The notes under the pieces were generated by a model that worked only from the letters and a program-made list of their open reading frames with translations, was not told where the DNA came from and did not search any database. The position numbers and the translations under genes are program-made. 64,000 nucleotides of DNA from Clostridiales bacterium (lineage in GTDB: Bacteria > Bacillota > Clostridia > Christensenellales > DTU072). Shown here one piece after another: positions 9,502 to 18,154 of this stretch (positions within the stretch are counted from its first letter, which is position 1; every line of letters starts with the position of its first letter). The DNA is taken from NCBI GenBank assembly GCA_012800525.1, contig JAAZJD010000021.1:15402-79401 (forward strand), read 5' to 3'.

Positions 9502-9548
9502 CTTTGCTTAATTATAACATAAAGCACTATAAATTAAACACATAATAC

Positions 9549-10754
9549 TTATGCTTTTAAATGCTTATACATTGCTATCATTTCCTTTTTACCCATTAAT
9601 TTAGGGACAGGGTAAAGCGGGTTAGCTTCTTTTAAAGAATATTTTGCCATTTGAGGTATGTCCTCATCCTTTATAATGTTTTCAAATTTTTCAGGAATAT
9701 CACAATACTCTTTAAGATTCTCTATTTCCTTAATAAATTTATTGCTAATTTCTTCATCAGTTTTTCCATCAATTCCTACTGCTCTACCTAAAACTACAAG
9801 TTTTTTATGAGCTTTTTTACCATACCACTTTAATATATGAGGTAATATAATAGCATTTGCTAAACCATGAGGAACCTTATATTGACCTCCAAGTGTGTGT
9901 GCAATTGAATGCACATAACCTACATACGAACGCGTAAATGCTTTTCCTGCAAGATTTGAAGCAATTAACATATTTTCTCTAGCAATCAAATCACTACCAT
10001 CATCATATGCCCTTTTAATGTTTTCAAAAATTAATTTTGTTGCATTTATAGCTTGAGCTTTTGTAGCTTTAGTTCTAGTATTACCAATAAATGCTTCAAC
10101 TGCATGAGTCAATGCATCAAGACCTGTCGTTGAAGTAATATGTTTAGGTAAGCCCACCGTCAAAACAGGATCTAAAACAACATAGCCTGGTATAAGATTG
10201 GTATCATTTATTACTAACTTATGATTTTTTTCTGCATCAGTTATTACAGCAGCTAAGGTCACCTCAGAGCCAGTACCAGCAGTTGTTGGAATTGCAAATA
10301 TTGGTGGAGTGTGTTTAGAAACTTTCAATAAACCTTCCATTTTCACAATATCTTTTTTAGGGCATGCCACTTTTGCAGCCACACCCTTTGCACAATCCAT
10401 TGGTGAACCACCACCAAAAGCAATTACACCTTGACTTTTACCCTCTTTATAGAGTTTATATGCATCCATAACATTCTCAACTGTTGGATTTGGTACAGTT
10501 TCATCATAAATGACATACTCAACATTATCTTTTTTTAATTGCTCTAACAATTGATTTATTAATCCCAACTTAACTAATGTTTTATCAGTCACAATTAAAA
10601 CTCTATCATAACCTTCGGATTTAATTAACTCTGGCAATAACAACAAAGAATTTGCTCCAATTAATGTTTTTGCCTTTCTCCAAGGTAATACATACATTGT
10701 AAGTTTAAACACAAACTGATATATCCTACACCAAATTTTCATAAAAATATTCAT
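9549..10754 (-). CDS. Iron-containing (group III) alcohol dehydrogenase
   Basis: 401 aa. GGGSPMDCAKG cofactor-binding motif and the metal-binding His cluster (HSIAHTLGGQYKVPHGLANAI). SD AGGAG lies 7 nt upstream of the ATG. Confidence 0.88.
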   Translation of the reverse strand: MNIFMKIWCRIYQFVFKLTMYVLPWRKAKTLIGANSLLLLPELIKSEGYDRVLIVTDKTLVKLGLINQLLEQLKKDNVEYVIYDETVPNPTVENVMDAYKLYKEGKSQGVIAFGGGSPMDCAKGVAAKVACPKKDIVKMEGLLKVSKHTPPIFAIPTTAGTGSEVTLAAVITDAEKNHKLVINDTNLIPGYVVLDPVLTVGLPKHITSTTGLDALTHAVEAFIGNTRTKATKAQAINATKLIFENIKRAYDDGSDLIARENMLIASNLAGKAFTRSYVGYVHSIAHTLGGQYKVPHGLANAIILPHILKWYGKKAHKKLVVLGRAVGIDGKTDEEISNKFIKEIENLKEYCDIPEKFENIIKDEDIPQMAKYSLKEANPLYPVPKLMGKKEMIAMYKHLKA

Positions 10755-10779
10755 TATATGTCTCCTAATCTATTGTTCA

Positions 10780-12222
10780 TTAATCAATATTATCTACTTT
10801 AGTTTCTTCTTTTGAGAAACTAGCAAGCTTGCCAGATCTTTTACTATCAATTTCAGCTTTGACATCTAGATAGAATTGCCCATAGAGTTTATACTTCTTT
10901 TTATAATAAATATACCCAATGGGAATCAATGGCAAAGGAACAATAAACATAAATGTACGCAAGATAACAAGCATTTTATTAGTAACTTCCCCACTAAATT
11001 CATTCGTCATTAAATCAATTTGAGGCAATTGTGCCACTGCCACACCTATTCCTATTATGAGCACTGCTATAGCTGCAGAAACTTTTAATAAAAGCGTTTG
11101 AACTGAAATCATAATACTATCTGATCTAATGCCTGTTTTGTATTCTCCATAGTCTACCACATCAGCAATCATTACAGTTGAGGTGATTTGATTCATCCCC
11201 ATTGCTATCATTAAAAAGGAACCACATAAAGACATTAGAATTACATTAGCAATTGCTGAATTAATATATGGGAATACAAAAGATATCGCATAAATACTTA
11301 TCATGCCAATACCTGCAAACAGATAAGTTAAGCCAAAAATTTTCTCTCTTGGTATTTTTTTAGTAATCATAGAATAAAATATCATAGCTATGCCTTGTCC
11401 AGTAGAAGCCACAACATTAAATACAATAAAGTAATTAAAGTCTAAATTTTTATCATAAATAAATAGATAAACAAGTTGTAATATTGCCGTGTTAGCAGCT
11501 ATGTTAAAAAACAAATAACTACCAGCAAAGGCTTGGACTTGATCATTTGTTTGATACATTTTCTTTATATCTTTAAAAGATATTTCTTGAAAAGGAAGAT
11601 CATAACGCTCTTTTAACGTAACTACTGATAAAATCATCATCGTTACGAAAATTACACCACCAACTCCAGCAACTAGCAAATAGCTTTTAGGATCTTTTGC
11701 ACCGAAGGTAGTACTAATGAGAACTTGTCCTCCAGAACCAATTATTAAGCCTCCGAATCCTCCAATTAATTTTGATAAACTAGAAATGGCTTCCCTTTCT
11801 TTTGTAGTGTCAGCGAGACTTGGCAACATGGACATAAAAGGAACATCCACAATTGTATAACTAATATTCCATATCAAATACATTGACAAATAATACACAT
11901 AGTTTACACCAGTGCTAAAATTAGGATTTTGTGCAAATGATACAAATAATAATAATAAAGTTACAGCATTAAAAATAGAACCAATTATCAGCCATGGTCT
12001 ATATTTGCCAAGCTTACTTTTAGTATTGTTTACAATTGTTGCCATAAATGGATCAAAGATTGCAGATATTAATCTTACCGCACAAAAAGCAAAGCCAACC
12101 ACAACACCATTTAACCCAACAAATGTCGTCATAAATAACATTGCATACACGTTTATCATTCCAAAACTTATCTCTTTGCCTAAATTGCCAAGTGAATAAA
12201 AAATATTATCTGTTTTCTTCAT
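10780..12222 (-). CDS. Glycoside-pentoside-hexuronide (GPH) family sugar:cation symporter (MFS fold)
   Basis: About 12 hydrophobic segments. N-terminal GPH signature region (FYSLGNLGKEISFGMINVYAMLF...IFDPFMATIVNNTKSKLGKYRPWLIIGS). I start it at the ATG at 12222 (MKKTDNIF), preceded by GGAGCGAGG, rather than at the ORF-track start 12264. Confidence 0.82.
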   Translation of the reverse strand: MKKTDNIFYSLGNLGKEISFGMINVYAMLFMTTFVGLNGVVVGFAFCAVRLISAIFDPFMATIVNNTKSKLGKYRPWLIIGSIFNAVTLLLLFVSFAQNPNFSTGVNYVYYLSMYLIWNISYTIVDVPFMSMLPSLADTTKEREAISSLSKLIGGFGGLIIGSGGQVLISTTFGAKDPKSYLLVAGVGGVIFVTMMILSVVTLKERYDLPFQEISFKDIKKMYQTNDQVQAFAGSYLFFNIAANTAILQLVYLFIYDKNLDFNYFIVFNVVASTGQGIAMIFYSMITKKIPREKIFGLTYLFAGIGMISIYAISFVFPYINSAIANVILMSLCGSFLMIAMGMNQITSTVMIADVVDYGEYKTGIRSDSIMISVQTLLLKVSAAIAVLIIGIGVAVAQLPQIDLMTNEFSGEVTNKMLVILRTFMFIVPLPLIPIGYIYYKKKYKLYGQFYLDVKAEIDSKRSGKLASFSKEETKVDNID

Positions 12223-12421
12223 ATTTAAACCTCGCTCCATATCAAAACAATATGCTATCAGCATCTCATATAATTGTATGCTTTAGCTCTTAGATTTGTC
12301 AATATGAAAAGAGTTTTAATATCATATAAACTGGCTAAGGTAGCCTTAATTTATATCAGTGAAACTGTTTTTGGTTTGTCATTTATTTGAAAATATCTTC
12401 GTTTTAAAATATAATATTTTT

Positions 12422-13393
12422 ATGAGTTCATCGATTTATATTTCAAATTCCCTAGATGTATATAAAAACCTAGCATTAGAGACTTATCTACTAAAAAAGA
12501 GCACCCTAGAGGCTATACTGTTTTTGTGGAAAAACTCAAATACTGTTGTTATTGGAAAAAATCAAAACGCATACAAAGAATGTTTACTTCAAAACATGGA
12601 AAAAGATGGAGTTAAGCTTGCAAGAAGACCCACAGGAGGTGGAGCAGTTTATCATCATTTAGGCAACCTAAATTTTACGTTTATTTCACCAAGCAATCCA
12701 TTTTCTATCGACAATAATTTTAAAACGATTATCTCAGCTCTAAATAATCTCAACATTGATGCAAAATTAAATGGAAGAAATGATATAACCGTAAACAACA
12801 AAAAATTTAGTGGTAATGCCTTTTTAAAAACAAAAACTCGTGATTTGCATCATGGAACCATATTAATAAATGAGGATCTCTCCATATTGTCAAAATATTT
12901 AAATGTTAATCCAATCAAATTTAAAAGTAAGGGAGTTGATAGCATAAAATCTAGAGTCATAAATCTTACAACTATTAATCAAAACATCACTGCTGAAAAA
13001 ATTGTTGATGAACTTATAAAAGAACATCAAAAAAAATATGGCCTTGCAATATATAAAAACCTTCCTAAAGAAAGCGAATATTTAGATATCTATTCTAAAT
13101 ATTCTTCAAGAGAATGGATCTTTGGGCAAAACCCCAATACCAATATAAGTTTTACAACATTTTTAAGTTCTGGCGAATTTTCAATTAATATTGACATTAA
13201 AAATGACAAAATCACATATATTAAAGTTTACTCAGATACTCTAGATACCATATTACCAAATACAATTGAATCCTCACTAAAAGGTCAAAAGTTTTTGCTT
13301 TCTGATATCAAAAAAATATTAACTTCTATATTGGGTAATATAAGCGATGCCAATTTAATTGCTACTGAGCTAGAAAATTATTTGAAAGCATAG
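12422..13393 (+). CDS. lplA: Lipoate--protein ligase
   Basis: RRPTGGGAVYHHLGNLNFTF and KFSGNAF (lipoyl-AMP Lys) motifs. Homologues begin near MSSSIYISNSLDVYKNLALETYLL, so I prefer the ATG at 12422 to the GTG at 12359. No clear SD precedes either start. Confidence 0.88.
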   Translation: MSSSIYISNSLDVYKNLALETYLLKKSTLEAILFLWKNSNTVVIGKNQNAYKECLLQNMEKDGVKLARRPTGGGAVYHHLGNLNFTFISPSNPFSIDNNFKTIISALNNLNIDAKLNGRNDITVNNKKFSGNAFLKTKTRDLHHGTILINEDLSILSKYLNVNPIKFKSKGVDSIKSRVINLTTINQNITAEKIVDELIKEHQKKYGLAIYKNLPKESEYLDIYSKYSSREWIFGQNPNTNISFTTFLSSGEFSINIDIKNDKITYIKVYSDTLDTILPNTIESSLKGQKFLLSDIKKILTSILGNISDANLIATELENYLKA

Positions 13394-13496
13394 TTAAAAA
13401 CCACTAGAACAAGTATTTTATCATCTTTATTTAATTTATAGCCTACAATAAGCCTTAATTTCGAGAAACATCCCCAATAATTTATAGATTTTTTAT

Positions 13497-13526
13497 TTGA
13501 CAAAGGAGCTACCTATTTCGTATAAT
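13497..13526 (+). promoter_or_regulatory. Consensus sigma-70 promoter of the tRNA operon
   Basis: TTGACA (13497-13502), 18-nt spacer, TATAAT (13521-13526), about 50 nt upstream of the first tRNA. Confidence 0.7.
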
Positions 13527-13578
13527 AAACTAGCTTGATTTAAAGCAAGCTTAGGCCTTGAAGTAATGGGCTCTGATT

Positions 13579-13652
13579 GTGGGTGTAGTTCAATGGTAGA
13601 ATGACAGCCTTCCAAGCTGTATACGTGGGTTCGATTCCCATCACCCGCTCCA
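13579..13652 (+). tRNA. tRNA-Gly (anticodon UCC)
   Basis: 74-nt cloverleaf. Acceptor GTGGGTG/CACCCGC, anticodon stem ACAGC/GCTGT with loop CT-TCC-AA, T-loop TTCGATT, encoded CCA. Confidence 0.93.
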
Positions 13653-13657
13653 ACCAT

Positions 13658-13734
13658 GGACCAGTAGCTCAGTAGGATAGAGCGACGGCCTTCTAAGCCG
13701 TAGGTCAGGGGTTCGAATCCCTTCTGGTTCGCCA
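13658..13734 (+). tRNA. tRNA-Arg (anticodon UCU)
   Basis: 77 nt. Acceptor GGACCAG/CTGGTTC, TAGCTCAGTAGGATAGAGC D-arm, anticodon loop CT-TCT-AA, GGTTCGAATCC T-arm, encoded CCA. Confidence 0.93.
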
Positions 13735-13766
13735 AAATGAAACTTTATAATTTAAACATATAATAC

Positions 13767-13843
13767 GGTGGGTATAGCTCAGTTGGAAGAGCGCAAGATT
13801 GTGGCTCTTGAGGCCATGGGTTCAAGCCCCATTACTCACCCCA
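13767..13843 (+). tRNA. tRNA-His (anticodon GUG)
   Basis: 77 nt including the His-specific extra G(-1) opposite C73. Anticodon loop TT-GTG-GC, GGTTCAAGCCC T-arm, encoded CCA. Confidence 0.92.
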
Positions 13844-13849
13844 ATATGC

Positions 13850-13924
13850 AGGGGTGTCGCCAAGCGGTAAGGCATCAGACTTTGACTCTGACATTCGTAG
13901 GTTCAAATCCTGCCGCCCCTGCCA
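13850..13924 (+). tRNA. tRNA-Gln (anticodon UUG)
   Basis: 75 nt. Acceptor AGGGGTG/CGCCCCT, TCGCCAAGCGGTAAGGC D-arm typical of Gln, anticodon stem TCAGA/TCTGA with loop CT-TTG-AC, encoded CCA. Confidence 0.92.
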
Positions 13925-13934
13925 TATTATTTAT

Positions 13935-14010
13935 GACTCATTAGCTCAGTAGGTAGAGCACCTGACTTTTAATCAGGTTGTCCGGCGTTCGATCCGCCGA
14001 TGGGTCACCA
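13935..14010 (+). tRNA. tRNA-Lys (anticodon UUU)
   Basis: 76 nt. Acceptor GACTCAT/ATGGGTC, anticodon stem CCTGA/TCAGG with loop CT-TTT-AA, GTTCGATCC T-arm, encoded CCA. Confidence 0.93.
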
Positions 14011-14017
14011 AAACTTT

Positions 14018-14101
14018 GCGGCCGTGGCGGAACTGGCAGACGCGCTAGACTTAGGATCTAGTCTCTTAGAGGTGGGAGTTCAAGTCTCTTCGGCCGCACC
14101 A
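14018..14101 (+). tRNA. tRNA-Leu (anticodon UAG), class II with long variable arm
   Basis: 84 nt. Acceptor GCGGCCG/CGGCCGC, anticodon stem CTAGA/TCTAG with loop CT-TAG-GA, long variable arm, GTTCAAGTC T-loop, encoded CCA. Confidence 0.92.
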
Positions 14102-14168
14102 GCTATGGGAAATAGCATAAAGCCAAATCATTACTTTAAGGTAATGGTGCGAAAACAAATTAAAATTT

Positions 14169-14244
<76 letters not shown>

Positions 14245-14248
14245 ATGC

Positions 14249-14324
14249 GCACCATTAGCTCAGATGGTAGAGCAATTGACTCTTAATCAATGGGTCCAGG
14301 GTTCGAGTCCCTGATGGTGTACCA
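14249..14324 (+). tRNA. tRNA-Lys (anticodon CUU)
   Basis: 76 nt. Acceptor GCACCAT/ATGGTGT, anticodon stem ATTGA/TCAAT with loop CT-CTT-AA, GGTTCGAGTCC T-arm, encoded CCA. Confidence 0.92.
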
Positions 14325-14376
14325 CACAAAATATAAGATCAAATTGCTATATTAAATTTTGTTTGGCATTTTGAAT

Positions 14377-14404
14377 TAAAAAAACTCCACTTGGGAGTTT
14401 TTTG
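14377..14404. terminator. Bidirectional rho-independent terminator (end of the tRNA operon and end of the giant-gene operon)
   Basis: An A-tract, then stem ACTCC/GGAGT extended by A:T pairs (14379-14388 / 14394-14403) with a 5-nt loop, then a T-tract. It lies between convergent transcription units. Confidence 0.7.
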
Positions 14405-14425
14405 CATTATCTTTAGCTCTTATAG

Positions 14426-15115
14426 TTATGGGTCAGGTTCAGTGACTAAAATTCCAGATAAATCCAGATTATCACAATTCATAAATATGCTTGGTAAAAT
14501 GGCTGGCGTCCCCCTAATTTTTCGCTCAGTATCTATTTCTTCTAATTTTTCACAGGCGGCAAAAGCTAATTCACCAAACTCTATATCATTAATTCCTTTT
14601 GCTGTAATTTTCTTTAAATGTATACAACCACTAAATACACCACCTTCAATTCTTTCAAGGCTTGAATTTAGTATCAACTCCTCAATTATCAAATTGTTCT
14701 TTAAAAGTTGCTTGCTTATATCTCCAGTATATTCAACTCCATTTTGAAACATTAAGGCATTTGCTCCAGTGGGTGGCGCCATGATTTTAATAACATCACC
14801 TAGATATTCTACTTCATTTACAGTTACTGAATATTGTGCTGGAATTTCAAGCTCATCAACAATGTGATCATAGCCAACTGCAGCAAAATCTTCAATACTT
14901 TCCACATCATTAGTTTGCTCTCCAGTTGCATCTAAGCCAACAAAAATTATCCCTTTTAGAGATTCATTCCAATATTCGACATGATCTGGTGGACTAATCT
15001 CAACACTTAAGCTTGCTTGAGATTGTTGTTGCCAATAAGCATAGCTAGCAGAAATTGATAAAGAAACCGCAAATATAAATATTATAATAAAAATAACTGG
15101 TAATATTTTTTTCAT
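14426..15115 (-). CDS. Small exported BspA-type LRR protein with a TasA/SipW-like N-terminal signal (4th gene of the giant operon)
   Basis: N-terminus MKKILPVIFIIIFIFAVSLSISASYAYWQQQSQASLSV. The C-terminal half has LRR_5-like units (IEGGVFSGCIHLKKITAKGINDIEFGELAFAACEKLEEI). Start is either the ATG at 15115 or the GTG at 15127, which overlaps the upstream stop (TAGTG). Confidence 0.7.
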   Translation of the reverse strand: MKKILPVIFIIIFIFAVSLSISASYAYWQQQSQASLSVEISPPDHVEYWNESLKGIIFVGLDATGEQTNDVESIEDFAAVGYDHIVDELEIPAQYSVTVNEVEYLGDVIKIMAPPTGANALMFQNGVEYTGDISKQLLKNNLIIEELILNSSLERIEGGVFSGCIHLKKITAKGINDIEFGELAFAACEKLEEIDTERKIRGTPAILPSIFMNCDNLDLSGILVTEPDP

Positions 15116-15126
15116 AAGGCACACCA

Positions 15127-17280
15127 CTATGGAATATCTTCAAATGTTGCATCAAGAGACAAAACAAAAGTTTCTCCCTTTAAGGTTGGGTCAAAATCCT
15201 CATCAAACACAGCAATGTACATCGCAATATCTAATAAAAATGTAGAGTCCCTACCCATTATTAATTTTTCCCTAAATACAATTGGCTTTTTGTTTGCATC
15301 ACTTGGCAAAACTTCTGCTGAGATTACATGATCTTTATACGTTGTTAAGTCTTTATAGGCATATTCACCTATATACAAAAAAACATTTTCAACATAATCT
15401 CCCCCAGAGTCATTTTTTATATAACTTGCTGCTAACGGATGTGCCGTGGCACTGCCATTTTGGTATAGAACAATGTCACCATCTGCAGGAGTATATGCCG
15501 TAAAAACTCTAAGCCTATTATTTCGAAGAACAACAATATTTTCTAACAATAAATATACTTTTGTTAATAAATACTTGCCTTTATAAGTCTCAAGACTTGT
15601 TATGTCAGTATCATAAGATAAAAAATCTCCATCCATAAATATAATATGATTCCCTGGATTTGAAGCATCAAAATCAATGGACTTATCTATAAATCTAGTT
15701 AAAATTCCATCTCTTTTGTATACAATATGATCAAGATCAACAATAATATCTGATATCGCTGCCCTATCATTATCAACAATTGGATCTCCATTTGCATCAA
15801 CGCCTTCTCCTGGAGAAATTTCATCAGTTTGATTATGTAAAAACAATAACTCATCCCCCACTACAGGAGTATATTTGTTAAAAGAACTATGTAAAAAATG
15901 ACCATTTCTAAAATAACCAATTGTCGAATTTTTTACAAAAAATGTATTCAATAACGACTGTGATACTGGCAAATCTCTTTGAGTTCCATCATTAAAAATA
16001 TAACAAAAGTTCAACTGCTCACTAACAACATTTGTACTTGATTTATCAAAATATTCATGAGTTAACACAGATGTTTCTATACCTGAAGCGGGTGTTACAG
16101 TCTCACCATTATCATATAAAACATTTCTTTGTGTAAGTTGCACATCTTTTTTAATATATATATCATTACCAATTTCTTCAAGATACTCAGAATAAAGTGT
16201 TTGTGGTGCACCAGGGTAATAAATTGCATCCCAGTCGGAAAGGCTAGGAGTATCTCCAACTTTAGTTATCATTAAATCACCGCTGTTTTTATGTTTATAT
16301 ACCCTTTCAGTTGCAAGGGGGGCTGCTGCACCTGGTACCAAAACATTTCTAACTCTATAAGTATCTCCATCAAAACTTATAGGGCTATCTTTTTTTACAA
16401 ACCTAAATGCATGAACGGTTATTCCATTTAAAGTTTGTTGAGTCAGGCAATCGGGGTTATCAAAGTAATCTTTACCGCTTGTGCTATCTCTATAACACAT
16501 AAAATTTTCGGTATATGCCATAAGATTAATACCGCCAGATACATTATGATAGGCCGAAGCGGAAGCTAAATTTACTCTATACTCATTTCCAACTAATGAA
16601 TAACAACTTTTGTGATGAGCGCCGAAATTTATTGTTTTATTCTCTTCACTAAATATTAATTGATCTGTAATTTTATAATGACGATTCCTCCCTAAGCTAT
16701 CAGCAATCAACACCGAATCCTCTCTTAAAAACTGCCCTCTTCTTAAAACTGGTTCGCTTTCTGAAATAAATATACCTTTATCATGCTCCTTAAAACCTAT
16801 ACTTAAGGCCATTTCACCTGTTTTACTGAAATCTCTATTAGTTTTACCACCTACTCCAGCCTCTTTTAGCTTAATACTTTGTTCAATTTTTATAGATTGG
16901 TATGCATTTTCATAAGATTCCAAACCACTCCAATAACTCAAGTCAACTTTGAAATTAACTTGGCCAGCAGCCTTTTCAACATACTCAGGTAATATTCCAT
17001 CTCTTGGAATCACATCATAATTGTAATAATCTAAATCAAAGCCATCTTGAAAATATGATCTTTTTAGTGTAGCTGGATAAAGCTTTCCTTCTTGAGCACT
17101 TTGAGAAACTTCCGATTCAAACTGCAAAATTTCAAAACCAGTAGCGGGGAAAATATGACTCCTTTCAAGCACAACTTGTTGAACAAACCAAGAATATGAA
17201 AGTGCACTAAGAGATAGTGCCACAGTTAAGACTGTTGCAATTATAATTACTACTAATTTTTTCTTGCTTGTGTTTAACAT
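15127..17280 (-). CDS. Exported or membrane-anchored protein of unknown function (717 aa) with a TasA/SipW-like N-terminus (3rd gene of the operon)
   Basis: N-terminus MLNTSKKKLVVIIIATVLTVALSLSALSYSWFVQQVVLERS. SD AGGTGA precedes the ATG. No motif I recognise in the remaining ~680 aa. Confidence 0.7.
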   Translation of the reverse strand: MLNTSKKKLVVIIIATVLTVALSLSALSYSWFVQQVVLERSHIFPATGFEILQFESEVSQSAQEGKLYPATLKRSYFQDGFDLDYYNYDVIPRDGILPEYVEKAAGQVNFKVDLSYWSGLESYENAYQSIKIEQSIKLKEAGVGGKTNRDFSKTGEMALSIGFKEHDKGIFISESEPVLRRGQFLREDSVLIADSLGRNRHYKITDQLIFSEENKTINFGAHHKSCYSLVGNEYRVNLASASAYHNVSGGINLMAYTENFMCYRDSTSGKDYFDNPDCLTQQTLNGITVHAFRFVKKDSPISFDGDTYRVRNVLVPGAAAPLATERVYKHKNSGDLMITKVGDTPSLSDWDAIYYPGAPQTLYSEYLEEIGNDIYIKKDVQLTQRNVLYDNGETVTPASGIETSVLTHEYFDKSSTNVVSEQLNFCYIFNDGTQRDLPVSQSLLNTFFVKNSTIGYFRNGHFLHSSFNKYTPVVGDELLFLHNQTDEISPGEGVDANGDPIVDNDRAAISDIIVDLDHIVYKRDGILTRFIDKSIDFDASNPGNHIIFMDGDFLSYDTDITSLETYKGKYLLTKVYLLLENIVVLRNNRLRVFTAYTPADGDIVLYQNGSATAHPLAASYIKNDSGGDYVENVFLYIGEYAYKDLTTYKDHVISAEVLPSDANKKPIVFREKLIMGRDSTFLLDIAMYIAVFDEDFDPTLKGETFVLSLDATFEDIP

Positions 17281-17332
17281 ATATCACCTAGTTTGTATTT
17301 TTATATTCTACCACAATATCAACCAACTTTCA

Positions 17333-18130
17333 TTACTCTTCAATAACTGTATAGATAAACGCGATATGGAAATTAGTATGCATATATTGAGGATGGCTAT
17401 ACGTAAAATCATTATAATTAAAATATTTGGGAGTATGATCTGGGTTTTTTTGCATAGGTATCCAAGATTCAATGCTTACATTTGGGTCACCCCCATCTGC
17501 AAGATACTCCGTATAATCTTCTAGAGCCCTAACATTATCTTCTTGCCATATGCAATAATGTGACTCTCGCAAGAAAATAATAGACATATTTAGTGTATTG
17601 TCTCCATTTTCTAACGGCAACAAAACTTCTGGAGACCCACTAGGGACAAAAACTCCATTTTCCGATTCTAAAACAAATACTCCTTCACTATTTCTTTTGT
17701 AAACTTTTGTGGGATCAGAAGGAAGAGTAATCCTAATAGTAAAATTCTGATCTACATCTGAAGTCGTTACTAAATATTTATCTTCTTCGCTTAATTCATG
17801 TCTTGTTATTATAAGGTGCGTTAAATCAATTTTTAGTTTTGGTGTACCTGCTGAAGCTGATATATTAATGCTAATTTGAATTTCAGCACTATATGGAGCA
17901 TCAGGTTCAGTTACATAAGCATTCCCCGTTTCTCCTGAATAATCCGTATCAGTAATGCTTTCCCAGGTTGCTGTGGCCTGAGTGTCCATAGCTGACACTA
18001 GTGTAGCATTTTGAGCGGTAGCAATAGCATTATTTGCGTACCAAGACAAGGTAAACGCTGTCGTAGCGATTACAATTATCATCAACACGTAAATTAATGT
18101 TAAAAATTTAAACCTTAATGACTTTTTCAC
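17333..18130 (-). CDS. Exported protein of unknown function (265 aa) with a TasA/SipW-like N-terminus (2nd gene of the operon)
   Basis: GTG start 8 nt after AAGGAG and 24 nt after the giant ORF stop. N-terminus MKKSLRFKFLTLIYVLMIIVIATTAFTLSWYANNAIATAQNATLVSA. Size is similar to TasA-family subunits, but no further similarity is visible by eye. Confidence 0.7.
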   Translation of the reverse strand: MKKSLRFKFLTLIYVLMIIVIATTAFTLSWYANNAIATAQNATLVSAMDTQATATWESITDTDYSGETGNAYVTEPDAPYSAEIQISINISASAGTPKLKIDLTHLIITRHELSEEDKYLVTTSDVDQNFTIRITLPSDPTKVYKRNSEGVFVLESENGVFVPSGSPEVLLPLENGDNTLNMSIIFLRESHYCIWQEDNVRALEDYTEYLADGGDPNVSIESWIPMQKNPDHTPKYFNYNDFTYSHPQYMHTNFHIAFIYTVIEE

Positions 18131-18154
18131 TTCTATTGCTCCTTAGTTGTAAAG

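Noticed and set aside
12223-12421. N-terminal extensions given by the ORF track: transporter 12264, lplA 12359, der 61793, guaB 57415
   Set aside because: Internal ATG codons are better placed relative to GGAG-type RBSs (transporter, der, guaB) or to where homologues begin (lplA). The extensions start at GTG, TTG or weak ATG codons without an RBS.
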